Part shown: positions 1 through 10,290 of the stretch, one piece after another
How the letters are laid out: the number at the start of each line of letters is the position of its first letter
Position numbering within the stretch: the stretch's first letter is position 1
DNA from: Sphingobacterium endophyticum
GTDB taxonomy: Bacteria; Bacteroidota; Bacteroidia; Sphingobacteriales; Sphingobacteriaceae
Reading direction: 5' to 3'
DNA: 64,000 nucleotides
Assembly: GCA_040393725.1 (NCBI GenBank)
Contig: JBEBTR010000002.1
Coordinates: forward strand, 20,912-84,911
The notes under the pieces: model-generated
Databases searched by the model: none
What the model saw: only the letters and a program-made list of their open reading frames with translations
What the model was told of the DNA's origin: nothing
Translations under genes and position numbers: made by a program

Positions 1-2
1 TT

Positions 3-746
3 ATTGGAGGTCTTGTAGGTGATATTTGGGGTTGGCGGAGTATATATTGGGGGGCTTCAATGATGATGGTAATCTGCTGGATTTTTATCTATAAGATGTT
101 GCCAGAAATGAAACCGAATTTTAAAGGGAATTACCTATCATTGATGAAATCGGTATTCCATCTTGCAAAAACAGAACCTATTCTTCAACTAGCTTCATTT
201 CGCGGCGCTGTAAGTTTTGCTTCGCTCTGTGCTGTATTTACCACGCTTACTTTTCATTTGGAGCAGCCTCCTTTTGAGGTTGGTCCTTCAGTTGCTGGTA
301 CATTCGGATTAATTGGAGCGGCAGGTGCTTTAGGTGCTGCATTTGTCGGGAAATTAAATAAATTGTGGTCTCGACACAAAATAATTTCAGTAGCTCTATT
401 TATCCTATTAATAAGTTGGTTTTTCATCTATTTTTTGGGCAACTCCTACATAGGCTTAATTATCGGTATTATCTTGATTGATCTGGGTTTACAATCTTCC
501 CATATCATGAACCAATCGGACTATTTTGCCATAAAAACACCTGCCACGAGTAGGCTAAATACTGTTTATATGGTTACTTATTTCATAGGTGGATCGTTTG
601 GATCTTGGCTAGCAGCTCAGGCTTGGGGATTTGCTGGTTGGAAAGGTGTCTGTTTAGTTGGAGGGACATTTGCTTTATTAGGATTGCTCTCCCATCTATT
701 ATTAGCTAAAAAGATTTCCGATTTGAAGAAAATTGAAGCGGAATAA
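3..746 (+). CDS. MFS transporter (5'-truncated by window edge)
   Basis: Frame open from position 3 (IGGLVGDIWGWRSIYW, a typical MFS GWR motif); multiple TM helices; C-terminal YFIGGSFGS..GW motif. Confidence 0.85.
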   Translation: MGGLVGDIWGWRSIYWGASMMMVICWIFIYKMLPEMKPNFKGNYLSLMKSVFHLAKTEPILQLASFRGAVSFASLCAVFTTLTFHLEQPPFEVGPSVAGTFGLIGAAGALGAAFVGKLNKLWSRHKIISVALFILLISWFFIYFLGNSYIGLIIGIILIDLGLQSSHIMNQSDYFAIKTPATSRLNTVYMVTYFIGGSFGSWLAAQAWGFAGWKGVCLVGGTFALLGLLSHLLLAKKISDLKKIEAE

Positions 747-765
747 ATTAGTTATTCCGCTTCAA
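733..765. terminator. Hairpin between convergent MFS and copA genes
   Basis: TTGAAGCGGAATAA-attag-TTATTCCGCTTCAA, 14-bp perfect stem overlapping the MFS stop. Confidence 0.6.
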
Positions 766-787
766 GGAAAATTATCTCTTACCGAGA

Positions 788-3676
788 TTAGTCTAATTTT
801 ACTGCATTTAATCGTAATGAATTAAGAATAACAGATACAGAGCTTAAACTCATTGCAGCAGCTGCGATCATCGGTGACATCAAAATGCCAAAGGTTGGGT
901 ATAATAATCCTGCAGCTATTGGAATTCCAATTACATTATACAAGAATGCAAAGAGTAGATTTTGTTTAATATTGCTCAACATCGCTTTGCTTAACTTAAA
1001 AGCTTTATGAACACCAACTAAATCTCCTTTAATTAAAGTAATTTCAGCACTCTGAATTGCAACATCGGTGCCTGTGCCCATTGCAATACCCACATCAGCT
1101 TGGGTTAATGCTGGAGCATCGTTAATTCCATCGCCAACCATTATGACTTTCTTTCCCGAAGCTTGTAATTCTTTAATACCATTTAATTTATCTTCAGGCA
1201 ACAATCCTCCTTTAGCATGATCAATATCTGCTTCTTTTGCTACAATATCAGCTGTATTTTGATTATCACCTGTAAACATGTAAACTTCAACTCCTTCTTC
1301 CTTAAATCTTTTGATAACATCAATACTGCTCTTTTTCAAAGCATCGAATGCAGCAACCAATCCCGCAATTTGTCCATCAATAGCTAATACGGAGACCGAG
1401 TTTCCTTTTTTCTGCAGTTCTTCAATTTTTTGAAGGTCATTATTTGAGATTTCAATTTTCTGTTCTTCCATCAACCTTGGAGTTCCTAATAAAGCGGACA
1501 TGTGATGAATTTTGCCTTTAACTCCTTTCCCTGAAATATTTTCAAATTGAATAACATCCAATAATTGAAGTTTTAATTCTTTGGCTTTATCGATCATTGC
1601 CTGTGCCAATGGATGGGTGCTGTTTTTATTAACAGAAGCTGCAATTTGAAGGATGTCGTTTTCTGAAAATTTCGCATTTTCAGAAATAACCTCAGAAACT
1701 GATGGTTTTCCTTCAGTAATTGTTCCGGTCTTGTCAACCACCAATACATTCGCTTTTTCTAATTTCTCTAATGCTTCAGAATTTTTAATTAGAATTCCAT
1801 TTTTTGCTCCTTTTCCAATTCCAACCATAACAGACATCGGGGTTGCTAAACCTAAAGCACAGGGACATGCAACAATTAAGACCGCTAACATATTTGAAAA
1901 TGCCAATGCCGTACTACTTGGTACTGATGAAATATTCCATAGGATAAAAGTTAGAATAGCAATTGCAATGACTGCTGGGACAAATATTTTGGATACCTTG
2001 TCTGTTAACTTTTGAATAGGAGGCTGGCTTCTACTTGCTGAATTTACCAACTGAATAATTTGTGCTAATAAAGTTTCAGATCCAATTCGTTCTGCACGAA
2101 TTAGGATTTCATGGTTCCCATTTATTGTGCCACCTATAACTTGATCATCTTTGTTTTTTTCAACTGGGATAGGTTCGCCAGTAATCATAGCTTCATCTAT
2201 TGATGTGCTGCCTTCTTGCACGGTACCATCCACCGGAACTTTATCACCCGCTCTTACCCTTAATATATTGCCAACTTTAACGTCATGAATTGAAATCTTT
2301 CTTTCTTTACCGTTTTCAACCAAAATAGCTTCTGCAGGACTTAATTTGATTAATTCTTTAATTGCTGTATTCGTTTTAGAATGTGCTTTGGCTTCCATGA
2401 CTTGCCCGAGCAGTACAAGGGTAAGTATCACAACCACGGATTCAAAATACAGGTGAACCTCGCCATGATGGCCTTTTAATTCTGCAGGGAAAATTTGAGG
2501 GAAAAAGAAAGCTAAAAGACTAAAGATAAATGCTGCTGCTGCTCCAAGACCAATTAAACTGAACATATTCAAATTCCAAGTCTTAAATGAAGTCCAAGCC
2601 CTTTGAAAGAACATCCAACAAGTATAAAAGACTACTGGGATTGTCAAAATGAGCTGAATCCAAGCATTGATATGGTAAGGAATAATCTTACTGATCGGTT
2701 GACCTGGAAGCATATCTCCCATAGATAGTATAAAGATTGGAACAGTACAAGCTACAGAAATCCAGAATTTCTTCAATAAATCTTTATAATGCTTATCATC
2801 CTCTTCTGTGACTTGGTTTGGAACTAACTCCATTCCACAAATTGGGCAATCCCCAGGATGATCCTGAACAATTTCAGGATGCATAGGACAGGTATATTCG
2901 ACTTTTAGAGTTGTTTCAGGTATTTTTTCAAGATTCATACCACATACAGGACATGAACCAAATTGATCATAAACTTTATCACCTTCGCACATCATTGGAC
3001 AGTAATATTTTCCAGCGTTGCCCTCGTTTTGCATTGGTTTGTGATGATCATGGACTTGATGAGAAGGTGCGTTGAAATCTACCTTTTCAATTGGGCGTAG
3101 ATGCATATTACATACAGGGCATCTTCCAGGTTCATGATAGATTTTATCCTTTCCTTCACAAAACATTGGGCATATATACTGACCGCTTTCACTTAGTTCA
3201 GTGGAATCTTTCTGAGGGATCTGCTGTACGTTTTCCAAATGCTGATCATAAATTTTATAATGACCCCCAAGTTCATTTAAACTTGTTTGTAATTCTTGCA
3301 AGTCAATTTTATTATCAGATTTGATCTTGGCTTGGCCTTTTTCCAAATTTACAGTTGCTGAAATCCCAAGTACTTCATTAAGCTTCTTTTCAACATTAGT
3401 CCTGCAACCATTACAAGTCATTCCGGAAACTGAAAATGTTTTTTCTGAACTCGAAACATTTTTCGGATCTGAAATCTTATAATGACCCCCAAGTTCATCT
3501 AATTTGGTTTGTAAATCACTGATAGAAATGGATTGATCAAACTGAACATTTGCTTCCTCATTTTCTAGATTTACATGAGCAATTACTCCAGGAATTTCAT
3601 TTAATTTTTTTTCAACATTTCCTCTGCAACCATTGCAGGTCATTCCAGTGACTTTGTATATATGATTTTCTTTCAT
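788..3676 (-). CDS. copA: Copper-translocating P1B-type ATPase with 2 HMA and 3 CPM..CPxCxM metal-binding domains
   Basis: GMTCNGC x2, TGE, CPCALGLA, DKTGT, HP, GDGINDAP, YN and MSLSS motifs (P1B-1 Cu+ signature). Confidence 0.95.
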   Translation of the reverse strand: MKENHIYKVTGMTCNGCRGNVEKKLNEIPGVIAHVNLENEEANVQFDQSISISDLQTKLDELGGHYKISDPKNVSSSEKTFSVSGMTCNGCRTNVEKKLNEVLGISATVNLEKGQAKIKSDNKIDLQELQTSLNELGGHYKIYDQHLENVQQIPQKDSTELSESGQYICPMFCEGKDKIYHEPGRCPVCNMHLRPIEKVDFNAPSHQVHDHHKPMQNEGNAGKYYCPMMCEGDKVYDQFGSCPVCGMNLEKIPETTLKVEYTCPMHPEIVQDHPGDCPICGMELVPNQVTEEDDKHYKDLLKKFWISVACTVPIFILSMGDMLPGQPISKIIPYHINAWIQLILTIPVVFYTCWMFFQRAWTSFKTWNLNMFSLIGLGAAAAFIFSLLAFFFPQIFPAELKGHHGEVHLYFESVVVILTLVLLGQVMEAKAHSKTNTAIKELIKLSPAEAILVENGKERKISIHDVKVGNILRVRAGDKVPVDGTVQEGSTSIDEAMITGEPIPVEKNKDDQVIGGTINGNHEILIRAERIGSETLLAQIIQLVNSASRSQPPIQKLTDKVSKIFVPAVIAIAILTFILWNISSVPSSTALAFSNMLAVLIVACPCALGLATPMSVMVGIGKGAKNGILIKNSEALEKLEKANVLVVDKTGTITEGKPSVSEVISENAKFSENDILQIAASVNKNSTHPLAQAMIDKAKELKLQLLDVIQFENISGKGVKGKIHHMSALLGTPRLMEEQKIEISNNDLQKIEELQKKGNSVSVLAIDGQIAGLVAAFDALKKSSIDVIKRFKEEGVEVYMFTGDNQNTADIVAKEADIDHAKGGLLPEDKLNGIKELQASGKKVIMVGDGINDAPALTQADVGIAMGTGTDVAIQSAEITLIKGDLVGVHKAFKLSKAMLSNIKQNLLFAFLYNVIGIPIAAGLLYPTFGILMSPMIAAAAMSLSSVSVILNSLRLNAVKLD

Positions 3677-3725
3677 TTCAATTTCTTATAATAGTTAAAA
3701 CAAATTTCAAAAGAAAACGGTGCAG

Positions 3726-3761
3726 AATTGTTACATAATTTCCATAAATTGTTATAAAATT
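3726..3761. promoter_or_regulatory. Direct-repeat operator candidate between divergent copA and oxidoreductase
   Basis: AATTGTTACATAATT (3726-3740) and AATTGTTATAAAATT (3747-3761), 21-bp period. Confidence 0.5.
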
Positions 3762-3807
3762 ATGATCAATTTGCATAACATCGTACATTTAAAGAAACCT
3801 AAAACGA

Positions 3808-5097
3808 ATGAATATTTCCAGAAGAGATTTTATTTATAAGTCGGCTCTTTTATTTCCGGCTTTACATTTATCCTCCTTATATGGGAGAACAAATCAACAG
3901 TCGACTTTGAAAATTGGTGCTATAGGCATAAAGGGCATGGGTTGGTCCGATCTAAGCTCTATACTTAAAGTTTCCAATGTTAGTTGTACTGCAATCTGTG
4001 ATATTGATGATTCAGTAATAAGTGACCGTTTAAAGGATTTAAATAAATTAGGCCAGAAGCCAAAGGTTTATAAGGATTATAAGGAACTTCTAAAAGATCC
4101 AGAAGTAGATGCCGTTATTATAGGGACACCAGACCATTGGCATTGCTTAATGTTGGTAGATGCCTGCAAAGCAGGAAAAGCGGTATATGTTGAAAAGCCG
4201 ATTGGAAATTCTATTGTGGAATGTAATACGATGTTAGACGCAAAAGATAAATACAAAAGTATTGTTCAAGTTGGTCAATGGCAACGTTCTCAAAAGCATT
4301 TTAAGGATGCGATAGATTTCGTTCATTCAGGACAATTGGGAAAGATTCGCCTTGTTAAGGCTTGGGCATATCTTGGATGGAAAAAACGTGTGCCTGTAGA
4401 ACCTGATGGCCCTGTTCCTGCAGGTGTGGATTATAAAGGATGGCTAGGTCCTGCAAAAACAAGACCTTTCAACCCAAATCGTTTTCACTATAATTTTAGA
4501 TGGTATTGGGATTATGCAGGTGGTTTGATGACAGATTGGGGGGTACATCTATTGGATTATGCATTATTAGGAATGAAAGTTTCAGACCCAAAATCGATTA
4601 TGGCAGCAGGAGGTAAGTTTGCCTATCCTGATGATGCTGGTGATACACCGGATACCTTGACAACAGTCTATGAATTTGATGATTTTAATATTCAATGGGA
4701 ACATGCAACCAGTATCTCAGGGGGACCTTATAGCCGTGAACACGGGATTGCATTTATTGGTAATAATGGAACCTTAGTTTTAGATCGAAATGGATGGGAG
4801 GTGATTCCTGAAATGGATCGTATGAAAGCTGTTCCTTATCAAAAGAAAGTTGATAATGGTTTAGACCTTCATATGCAGAATTTTGTGGAAGCAATTAGAA
4901 CAAAGAATCCAAATATTTTGAATGCACCTTTAGAGGTAGGCAGTCACATTGCCAAATTTTCACAGATGGGAAATATAGCTTATCGCACCGGTAAGAAAAT
5001 TTATTGGGAAAAGGATAAACAGAGATTTAAAGAAAGCGAAGCCAATAAATTATTAGCTGCAGGATACCATAATGGTTATAAAATTCCAAATATCTAA
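3808..5097 (+). CDS. Gfo/Idh/MocA family oxidoreductase with Tat signal
   Basis: SRRDFI twin-Arg; GIKGMG Rossmann; TPDHWH; YVEKP; DWGVH. Confidence 0.9.
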   Translation: MNISRRDFIYKSALLFPALHLSSLYGRTNQQSTLKIGAIGIKGMGWSDLSSILKVSNVSCTAICDIDDSVISDRLKDLNKLGQKPKVYKDYKELLKDPEVDAVIIGTPDHWHCLMLVDACKAGKAVYVEKPIGNSIVECNTMLDAKDKYKSIVQVGQWQRSQKHFKDAIDFVHSGQLGKIRLVKAWAYLGWKKRVPVEPDGPVPAGVDYKGWLGPAKTRPFNPNRFHYNFRWYWDYAGGLMTDWGVHLLDYALLGMKVSDPKSIMAAGGKFAYPDDAGDTPDTLTTVYEFDDFNIQWEHATSISGGPYSREHGIAFIGNNGTLVLDRNGWEVIPEMDRMKAVPYQKKVDNGLDLHMQNFVEAIRTKNPNILNAPLEVGSHIAKFSQMGNIAYRTGKKIYWEKDKQRFKESEANKLLAAGYHNGYKIPNI

Positions 5098-5696
5098 ATA
5101 ATAGGAAAGAGGGATGATTTAGATTTAATAGGATGTTTTTCTTTCAAAACTTTGAAAAAACGACTATTTAATTGGTTGTCTTCCAAAATAAATGGTAAAA
5201 ATACTTGGTTATTATGAACGGTCAGTTCATAATAACCAAATAGAATTTGATTATTCTTTTGAACAGATTTTATTGCTTTTACCTGTTGTATATCTTTTTG
5301 TAAATTAAAATTCACTCGATTTCCACTTAACCATTCTATGATGACATCATTGGAATTTGGATTAAACCAAATCCTTTGATCCTTTGCATATTTGAGTTGA
5401 TTATTTAAAAGTAACAATTGACTCATCAAGTATATGCTAATCGGCAACATAATGAGGATAATCTTTACTTTTAATGCCAAGATTATAGTTATTATAAATA
5501 AAACAACACCTATACCTACACTGAATAAAGTGTTTTTGATTGTTCTCTGAATAATTGGAGAACCACTTTCTATTAAATAAAATCCTTGATTATTACTTCG
5601 TTGAATAGCAGTTGATTTTCCTTTCATGACGACTCGTCGAGAAAGAAAATAAATCAATACTGATACAAGAATTACAATCAGGAGAATTTTATTCAT
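5094..5696 (-). CDS. Hypothetical membrane protein
   Basis: 200-aa ORF with three hydrophobic segments, 2 bp downstream of panB. Confidence 0.65.
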   Translation of the reverse strand: MNKILLIVILVSVLIYFLSRRVVMKGKSTAIQRSNNQGFYLIESGSPIIQRTIKNTLFSVGIGVVLFIITIILALKVKIILIMLPISIYLMSQLLLLNNQLKYAKDQRIWFNPNSNDVIIEWLSGNRVNFNLQKDIQQVKAIKSVQKNNQILFGYYELTVHNNQVFLPFILEDNQLNSRFFKVLKEKHPIKSKSSLFPII

Positions 5697-5698
5697 TG

Positions 5699-6514
5699 TT
5701 AGTATTGTTCAGATTGGTTAGGGTAATCCTGTGATTTTACGTCTTCAATATAATTTTTAACAGCTTTATTAATTTCTTGGTTTAAATTAAGATACTGTCT
5801 CAAGAATTTAGGTTTAAATTCTTGTGTGATGCCAAGCATATCATTAACTACAAGAACTTGACCATCGGTTTGATTTCCTGCGCCAATACCTATTGTTGGA
5901 ATGTCTAGCATTTTTGAAACCTCCTCAGCTAATTTAGCTGGAATTTTTTCTAATACGATGGCGAAACAACCTGCTTCTTGAAGGGCGATTGCATCTTCTT
6001 TTAATTTTGCAGCTTCTGCATCTTCTTTAGCGCGAACACCAAAGTCTCCAAACTTATAGATGGATTGCGGCGTAAGGCCTAAATGTCCACAAACTGGAAT
6101 TCCAGATTGGACAATTTTTTTAATATTATCGATGATTTCGGTCCCACCTTCCAATTTTAGGGCATGTACACCAGATTCTTTCATCATTCTAACAGCAGAT
6201 TTATAGGCGTCTTCTGTAGCACCTTGATATTCACCGAAAGGTAGATCTGCTATGACCATAGATCTTTTGGCAGCTCGAGCAACAGCTGAGGCATGATAAA
6301 TCATATGATCCAACGTAATAGGTAAAGTGGTCTCATATCCAGCAAATACATTTGCCGCTGAATCGCCAACCAATAAAACATCTATTCCTGCGTCATCAAG
6401 GATTTTAGCAGTTGAGTAATCGTAGGAAGTAAGCATGGTTATTTTCTCACCTCTTGTTTTCATATCACGAAGGATAGACGTTGTAATACGCTTTATAACT
6501 TTATTTACTGACAT
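5699..6514 (-). CDS. panB: 3-methyl-2-oxobutanoate hydroxymethyltransferase
   Basis: LVGDSA, ADLPFG, KLEGG, GHLGLTPQS, TIGIGAG, DGQVLV motifs; ATG at 6514 preferred. Confidence 0.97.
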   Translation of the reverse strand: MSVNKVIKRITTSILRDMKTRGEKITMLTSYDYSTAKILDDAGIDVLLVGDSAANVFAGYETTLPITLDHMIYHASAVARAAKRSMVIADLPFGEYQGATEDAYKSAVRMMKESGVHALKLEGGTEIIDNIKKIVQSGIPVCGHLGLTPQSIYKFGDFGVRAKEDAEAAKLKEDAIALQEAGCFAIVLEKIPAKLAEEVSKMLDIPTIGIGAGNQTDGQVLVVNDMLGITQEFKPKFLRQYLNLNQEINKAVKNYIEDVKSQDYPNQSEQY

Positions 6515-6532
6515 GTTAGATTGCTTATATTG

Positions 6533-6540
6533 CAAAAGTA
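6533..6540 (-). promoter_or_regulatory. Bacteroidota -7 promoter box for panB
   Basis: TACTTTTG on minus strand matches TAnnTTTG. Confidence 0.6.
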
Positions 6541-6621
6541 GACATTTTTATAGGAGTATCAACCTGAATGTTAACCTATTGGTTAAACTGTGCTGAATTA
6601 TAGAAAATTAGCAATATTTCT

Positions 6622-6629
6622 TATTTTTG
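6622..6629 (+). promoter_or_regulatory. Bacteroidota -7 promoter box for the rluA-tlpA-pyrF operon
   Basis: TATTTTTG 4 nt upstream of the ATG (near-leaderless). Confidence 0.55.
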
Positions 6630-6633
6630 CAAA

Positions 6634-7377
6634 ATGGCTCAACAAGAGAAAAATCTATTTAAATTTCCGAAATTCAAAGAACTTATCATACATGAGGATG
6701 ATAACCTAATAGTTATTAATAAACCTCCTTTTGTAGCGTCCTTAGATGCTCGTGGGGGTGATGAGGTAAATATCTTACGATTAGCGAAAAGCTATTACCC
6801 AGATGCTCAAGTTTGCCATCGCCTGGATAAAGACACTTCCGGAGTTTTGCTTATTGCAAAGAATCCAGAAACTTATCGGTTGATGTCAATAGAATTTGAA
6901 AAGCGTCGTGTAGATAAAACCTATCATGCCATAATAGGGGGGACCCATATTTTTGAGAATTTAAGTGTCGACTTACCGATCTTAAATCAAGGGAATAAAA
7001 ATGTAACGATCGATCGTTATAATGGTAAACCTGCAGAAACAATATTCAATAGCATTAAATATTTCAAGCATTATACTTTGGTAGAGTGTAAGCCTATCAC
7101 TGGTAGGATGCACCAAATTCGTATTCATTTAGCTACCCAACATGCAGCTATCGTTGGGGATGCAATGTATCGTGGAAAACCTGTGTATCTTTCTCAGATT
7201 AAGAAAAGAGGATTTACACTTTCAAAAGATCAGGAAGAACTTCCGATTATGAAGCGTTTTGCTCTTCATTCAAAAGCTGTAAAATTCACATTGGATGGTA
7301 AAGAATATGCTTTTGAAGCAGAATACCCGAAAGATTTTGCTACTTTGTTAAAACAGCTTGAGAAATTTGATTCCTAA
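6634..7377 (+). CDS. RluA-family RNA pseudouridine synthase
   Basis: INKP, HRLDKDTSG, TGRMHQIRIH, IVGD..Y, LH motifs. Confidence 0.93.
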   Translation: MAQQEKNLFKFPKFKELIIHEDDNLIVINKPPFVASLDARGGDEVNILRLAKSYYPDAQVCHRLDKDTSGVLLIAKNPETYRLMSIEFEKRRVDKTYHAIIGGTHIFENLSVDLPILNQGNKNVTIDRYNGKPAETIFNSIKYFKHYTLVECKPITGRMHQIRIHLATQHAAIVGDAMYRGKPVYLSQIKKRGFTLSKDQEELPIMKRFALHSKAVKFTLDGKEYAFEAEYPKDFATLLKQLEKFDS

Positions 7378-7379
7378 TT

Positions 7380-7979
7380 ATGGCAGAAAAGAAAAATAAT
7401 ACCAAGAACATTATTTCTTGGGTGCTCATTATCCTTTTGGCGGTTTTAGTAATAACCCCAACAACAAGGGTTGCTATTCAACGTGGCTTGATGAAAATAG
7501 GACTTTTTAAACCTGATGTTCCAGCTCCGACTACGAATTCACAGCCATCAGCAACACCTATGGTTATGACAGAGACTGCGAAATTATCGGATGAGGCTGG
7601 GAAGATTGTGAGTACACATGACTTACAGGGCAAAGTTGTATTCATTAACTTTTGGGCTACCTGGTGTGGTCCATGCCGTGCTGAGATGCCGTCAATCCAA
7701 AAATTATACAATAAATATAAAGACAATGAAAATGTTGTTTTTATGCTTGTTGAAATTGAGCATAATTTGGATGGAGCGAAAGAATTTTTGGCAAAGGAGA
7801 AATTAGATATGCCAATTTACTTTCCGGAAAGCGATATACCGTCAACTTGGCTGGGAAATTCTATTCCATCGACAATTGTCCTTAATAAGCAAGGTATGCT
7901 CGTATTTGATCACGCAGGCATGGCTGATTACTCCACCAAAGAATTTGAAGATTTCTTAATTTCCCAAATCAATCAATAA
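7380..7979 (+). CDS. TlpA/ResA-like membrane-anchored thiol-disulfide oxidoreductase
   Basis: N-terminal TM; [10 protein letters not shown]; IPST cis-Pro loop. Confidence 0.9.
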   Translation: MAEKKNNTKNIISWVLIILLAVLVITPTTRVAIQRGLMKIGLFKPDVPAPTTNSQPSATPMVMTETAKLSDEAGKIVSTHDLQGKVVFINFWATWCGPCRAEMPSIQKLYNKYKDNENVVFMLVEIEHNLDGAKEFLAKEKLDMPIYFPESDIPSTWLGNSIPSTIVLNKQGMLVFDHAGMADYSTKEFEDFLISQINQ

Positions 7980-7981
7980 TA

Positions 7982-8815
7982 ATGAATAAGCAAGAGCTAA
8001 TCGAGAATATTAAAAGAAAAAAGAGCTTTTTATGCGTAGGTTTAGATACGGATATCAATAAAATACCTGAACATCTTTTAGAAGAAGAGGATCCGATTTT
8101 TTCCTTTAATAAAGCAATTATTGAAGCAACCTCGGATTTATGTGTGGCTTATAAACCGAACATTGCATTTTATGAGAGCTATGGAGTAAAGGGCTGGGAA
8201 TCTTTAAGAAAAACTTGTGAAGTTTTACCTAAAGATTGCTTTAGCATAGCAGATGCCAAGAGGGGAGATATAGGAAATACATCAAAAATGTATGCACAGG
8301 CATTTTTTAACCCAGAATCTTCGGGATTGAGCTTTGATTCTATAACAATAGCTCCTTATATGGGCGAAGACTCTGTGACACCATTTTTAGAGTTTAAAGG
8401 GAAATGGGCGATTGTTTTAGCCTTAACTTCCAATCAAGGAAGTTTAGACTTTCAAAATTTTAGGAATTCTGAAGGCAAACAACTTTTTGAAGAAGTTATA
8501 GATAAAGTAAATACTTGGGGAACTTCGGAGAATATCATGTACGTTGTGGGTGCAACTCGTGGGGAAGCTTTTACTAAGATTCGGGAGCACGCTCCAGATC
8601 ATTTCCTTTTGGTTCCTGGCGTCGGTGCACAGGGAGGCTCCCTATCCGATGTCTGTCAATATGGAATGAATAAGGATTGTGGATTATTAGTAAATAGTAC
8701 ACGAGGAATTATTTATGCTTCAAAAGGTAAGGATTTTGCAGAAAGAGCTCGTGAAGAGGCAATTCTTCTACAGAAAGAAATGCAGCAGCAGCTTGAAATC
8801 CATGGTATTATCTAA
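7982..8815 (+). CDS. pyrF: Orotidine-5'-phosphate decarboxylase
   Basis: [45 protein letters not shown]. Confidence 0.96.
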   Translation: MNKQELIENIKRKKSFLCVGLDTDINKIPEHLLEEEDPIFSFNKAIIEATSDLCVAYKPNIAFYESYGVKGWESLRKTCEVLPKDCFSIADAKRGDIGNTSKMYAQAFFNPESSGLSFDSITIAPYMGEDSVTPFLEFKGKWAIVLALTSNQGSLDFQNFRNSEGKQLFEEVIDKVNTWGTSENIMYVVGATRGEAFTKIREHAPDHFLLVPGVGAQGGSLSDVCQYGMNKDCGLLVNSTRGIIYASKGKDFAERAREEAILLQKEMQQQLEIHGII

Positions 8816-8890
8816 ATCAACTAAATAAAAGTCTTACTTTTTGTTAAATTCTGCATCTTTGGCATAATAATTTGTGGAGATGCAGGGTTA

Positions 8891-9646
8891 ATGAGTTTTA
8901 TGAATAAAGTAAGGTCTTCAATATTAATTTTCTTGTTGTTCAGCAGTATATCTTGGTTGAGCAGCTGTAGTTCAGTTTATCTTCCAAATGTTCCAGCCAC
9001 TCCGATGTTTAACAACAAGGGAGAGGGCTATATTGCGGCACATGTTAATCCTAAGGGGAATTTAAGTGGCAATCTTGGAGTTGCCTTTACAGACCATTTA
9101 GCAGTAATTGGAAATGGTTCCTATCTAAATTATACTTCCACCAATAACGATTTTAAACAATACCTCTATGAAGGTGGGCTTGGCTACTATACTGTGGTAG
9201 GAAAATCTAAAAGAAGTGTACTAGAATTTTATGGCGGATATGGTGTAGGTGCAACCACCGATGTTGATAAGAGAGCCAGTACTACGGGATCAGACCCTGT
9301 TGAAACAAGAGACCTTGACTTTAATAAAATCTTTATTCAGGCGAATTTTTCTTCCACAAAAAAAAATAAGATTAATCTTTTTGGTAAGAAAAGAACTCTA
9401 AACTATGGTACTGCTATTCGATTGAGTAGAATTAAGATGGATCGCTTTGAGTTAAATGGTGTTTCAAGTCCATTAGAAGAGAATATTTACATTGAACCTG
9501 TTTTCTTTACAAGACTCGAATTAAATAAAGGGTTTCAGATCCAATATACAAATGGATGGAATATTGGACTAATGGATAATCAATATTTGAAACCTGGAAA
9601 TGCAGTATTTACCCTTGGATTGATTTATAATTTTGGAAGAAAGTAA
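8891..9646 (+). CDS. Hypothetical outer-membrane lipoprotein, possibly beta-barrel
   Basis: Lipobox-like LSSC; alternating beta-strand pattern; ends LGLIYNFGRK. Confidence 0.65.
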   Translation: MSFMNKVRSSILIFLLFSSISWLSSCSSVYLPNVPATPMFNNKGEGYIAAHVNPKGNLSGNLGVAFTDHLAVIGNGSYLNYTSTNNDFKQYLYEGGLGYYTVVGKSKRSVLEFYGGYGVGATTDVDKRASTTGSDPVETRDLDFNKIFIQANFSSTKKNKINLFGKKRTLNYGTAIRLSRIKMDRFELNGVSSPLEENIYIEPVFFTRLELNKGFQIQYTNGWNIGLMDNQYLKPGNAVFTLGLIYNFGRK

Positions 9647-9652
9647 AAGAAT

Positions 9653-10252
9653 ATGAAAAAGATTATTGGAATATTGGCCGTTTGTACGGTGTTTTTATTA
9701 TCAAGCTGTCAAGTTAACAAGAAGGCACAAATTAAAGCATTAGCTGATTGTGAATATGATGTTGAATCTGTCGATCAAGTAAAGTTTAATGGAAAGTCAC
9801 TTGAATCATTTAAAGGTTCGGACGGAAACTACAATATGTCATCTATTGCAGGATTGGCAGTTGCTTTATTTAGTAAAGAACTTCCATTAGAAGGAAAGGT
9901 AAATCTGAAGATTACAAATCCTGAAGTCCAAAAGGCAGCATTCAATTCATTCAAATACGTGATTGAAATTCAAAATTCTCCTTTATTCGAAGGTACTGTA
10001 GATCAAAATGTAAATCTTCAAAAGGGTGAAAGTACTATTGTACCTATGACTTTTAAGGCAAATATTTTTAATAAAGCTAAGGAAAACGGTTTTGAAAAAT
10101 TCTTCGATGAATTATTAAACAAGAAATCTGAAGGCTTTATGGTGTTGAAAATAAAACCTTCTATCCGAATTGCAGGACAAAATATCTATTACCCATCCTA
10201 CATTACAGTTGACAAGAACTTTGGAAGTAAGATTTTTAAATTGTTCAAATAG
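9653..10252 (+). CDS. Lipoprotein with LEA type 2-like domain
   Basis: LSSC lipobox; LKITNP...FKYVIEI..F pattern of LEA_2/WHy domains. Confidence 0.65.
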   Translation: MKKIIGILAVCTVFLLSSCQVNKKAQIKALADCEYDVESVDQVKFNGKSLESFKGSDGNYNMSSIAGLAVALFSKELPLEGKVNLKITNPEVQKAAFNSFKYVIEIQNSPLFEGTVDQNVNLQKGESTIVPMTFKANIFNKAKENGFEKFFDELLNKKSEGFMVLKIKPSIRIAGQNIYYPSYITVDKNFGSKIFKLFK

Positions 10253-10257
10253 AGAGA

Positions 10258-10290
10258 AAAGCCTGAAGTTAAAGTCAGGCTTTGTTTCTT
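10258..10290. terminator. Intrinsic terminator between convergent genes
   Basis: AAAGCCTGA-agttaaag-TCAGGCTTT followed by a T-rich tract. Confidence 0.65.
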
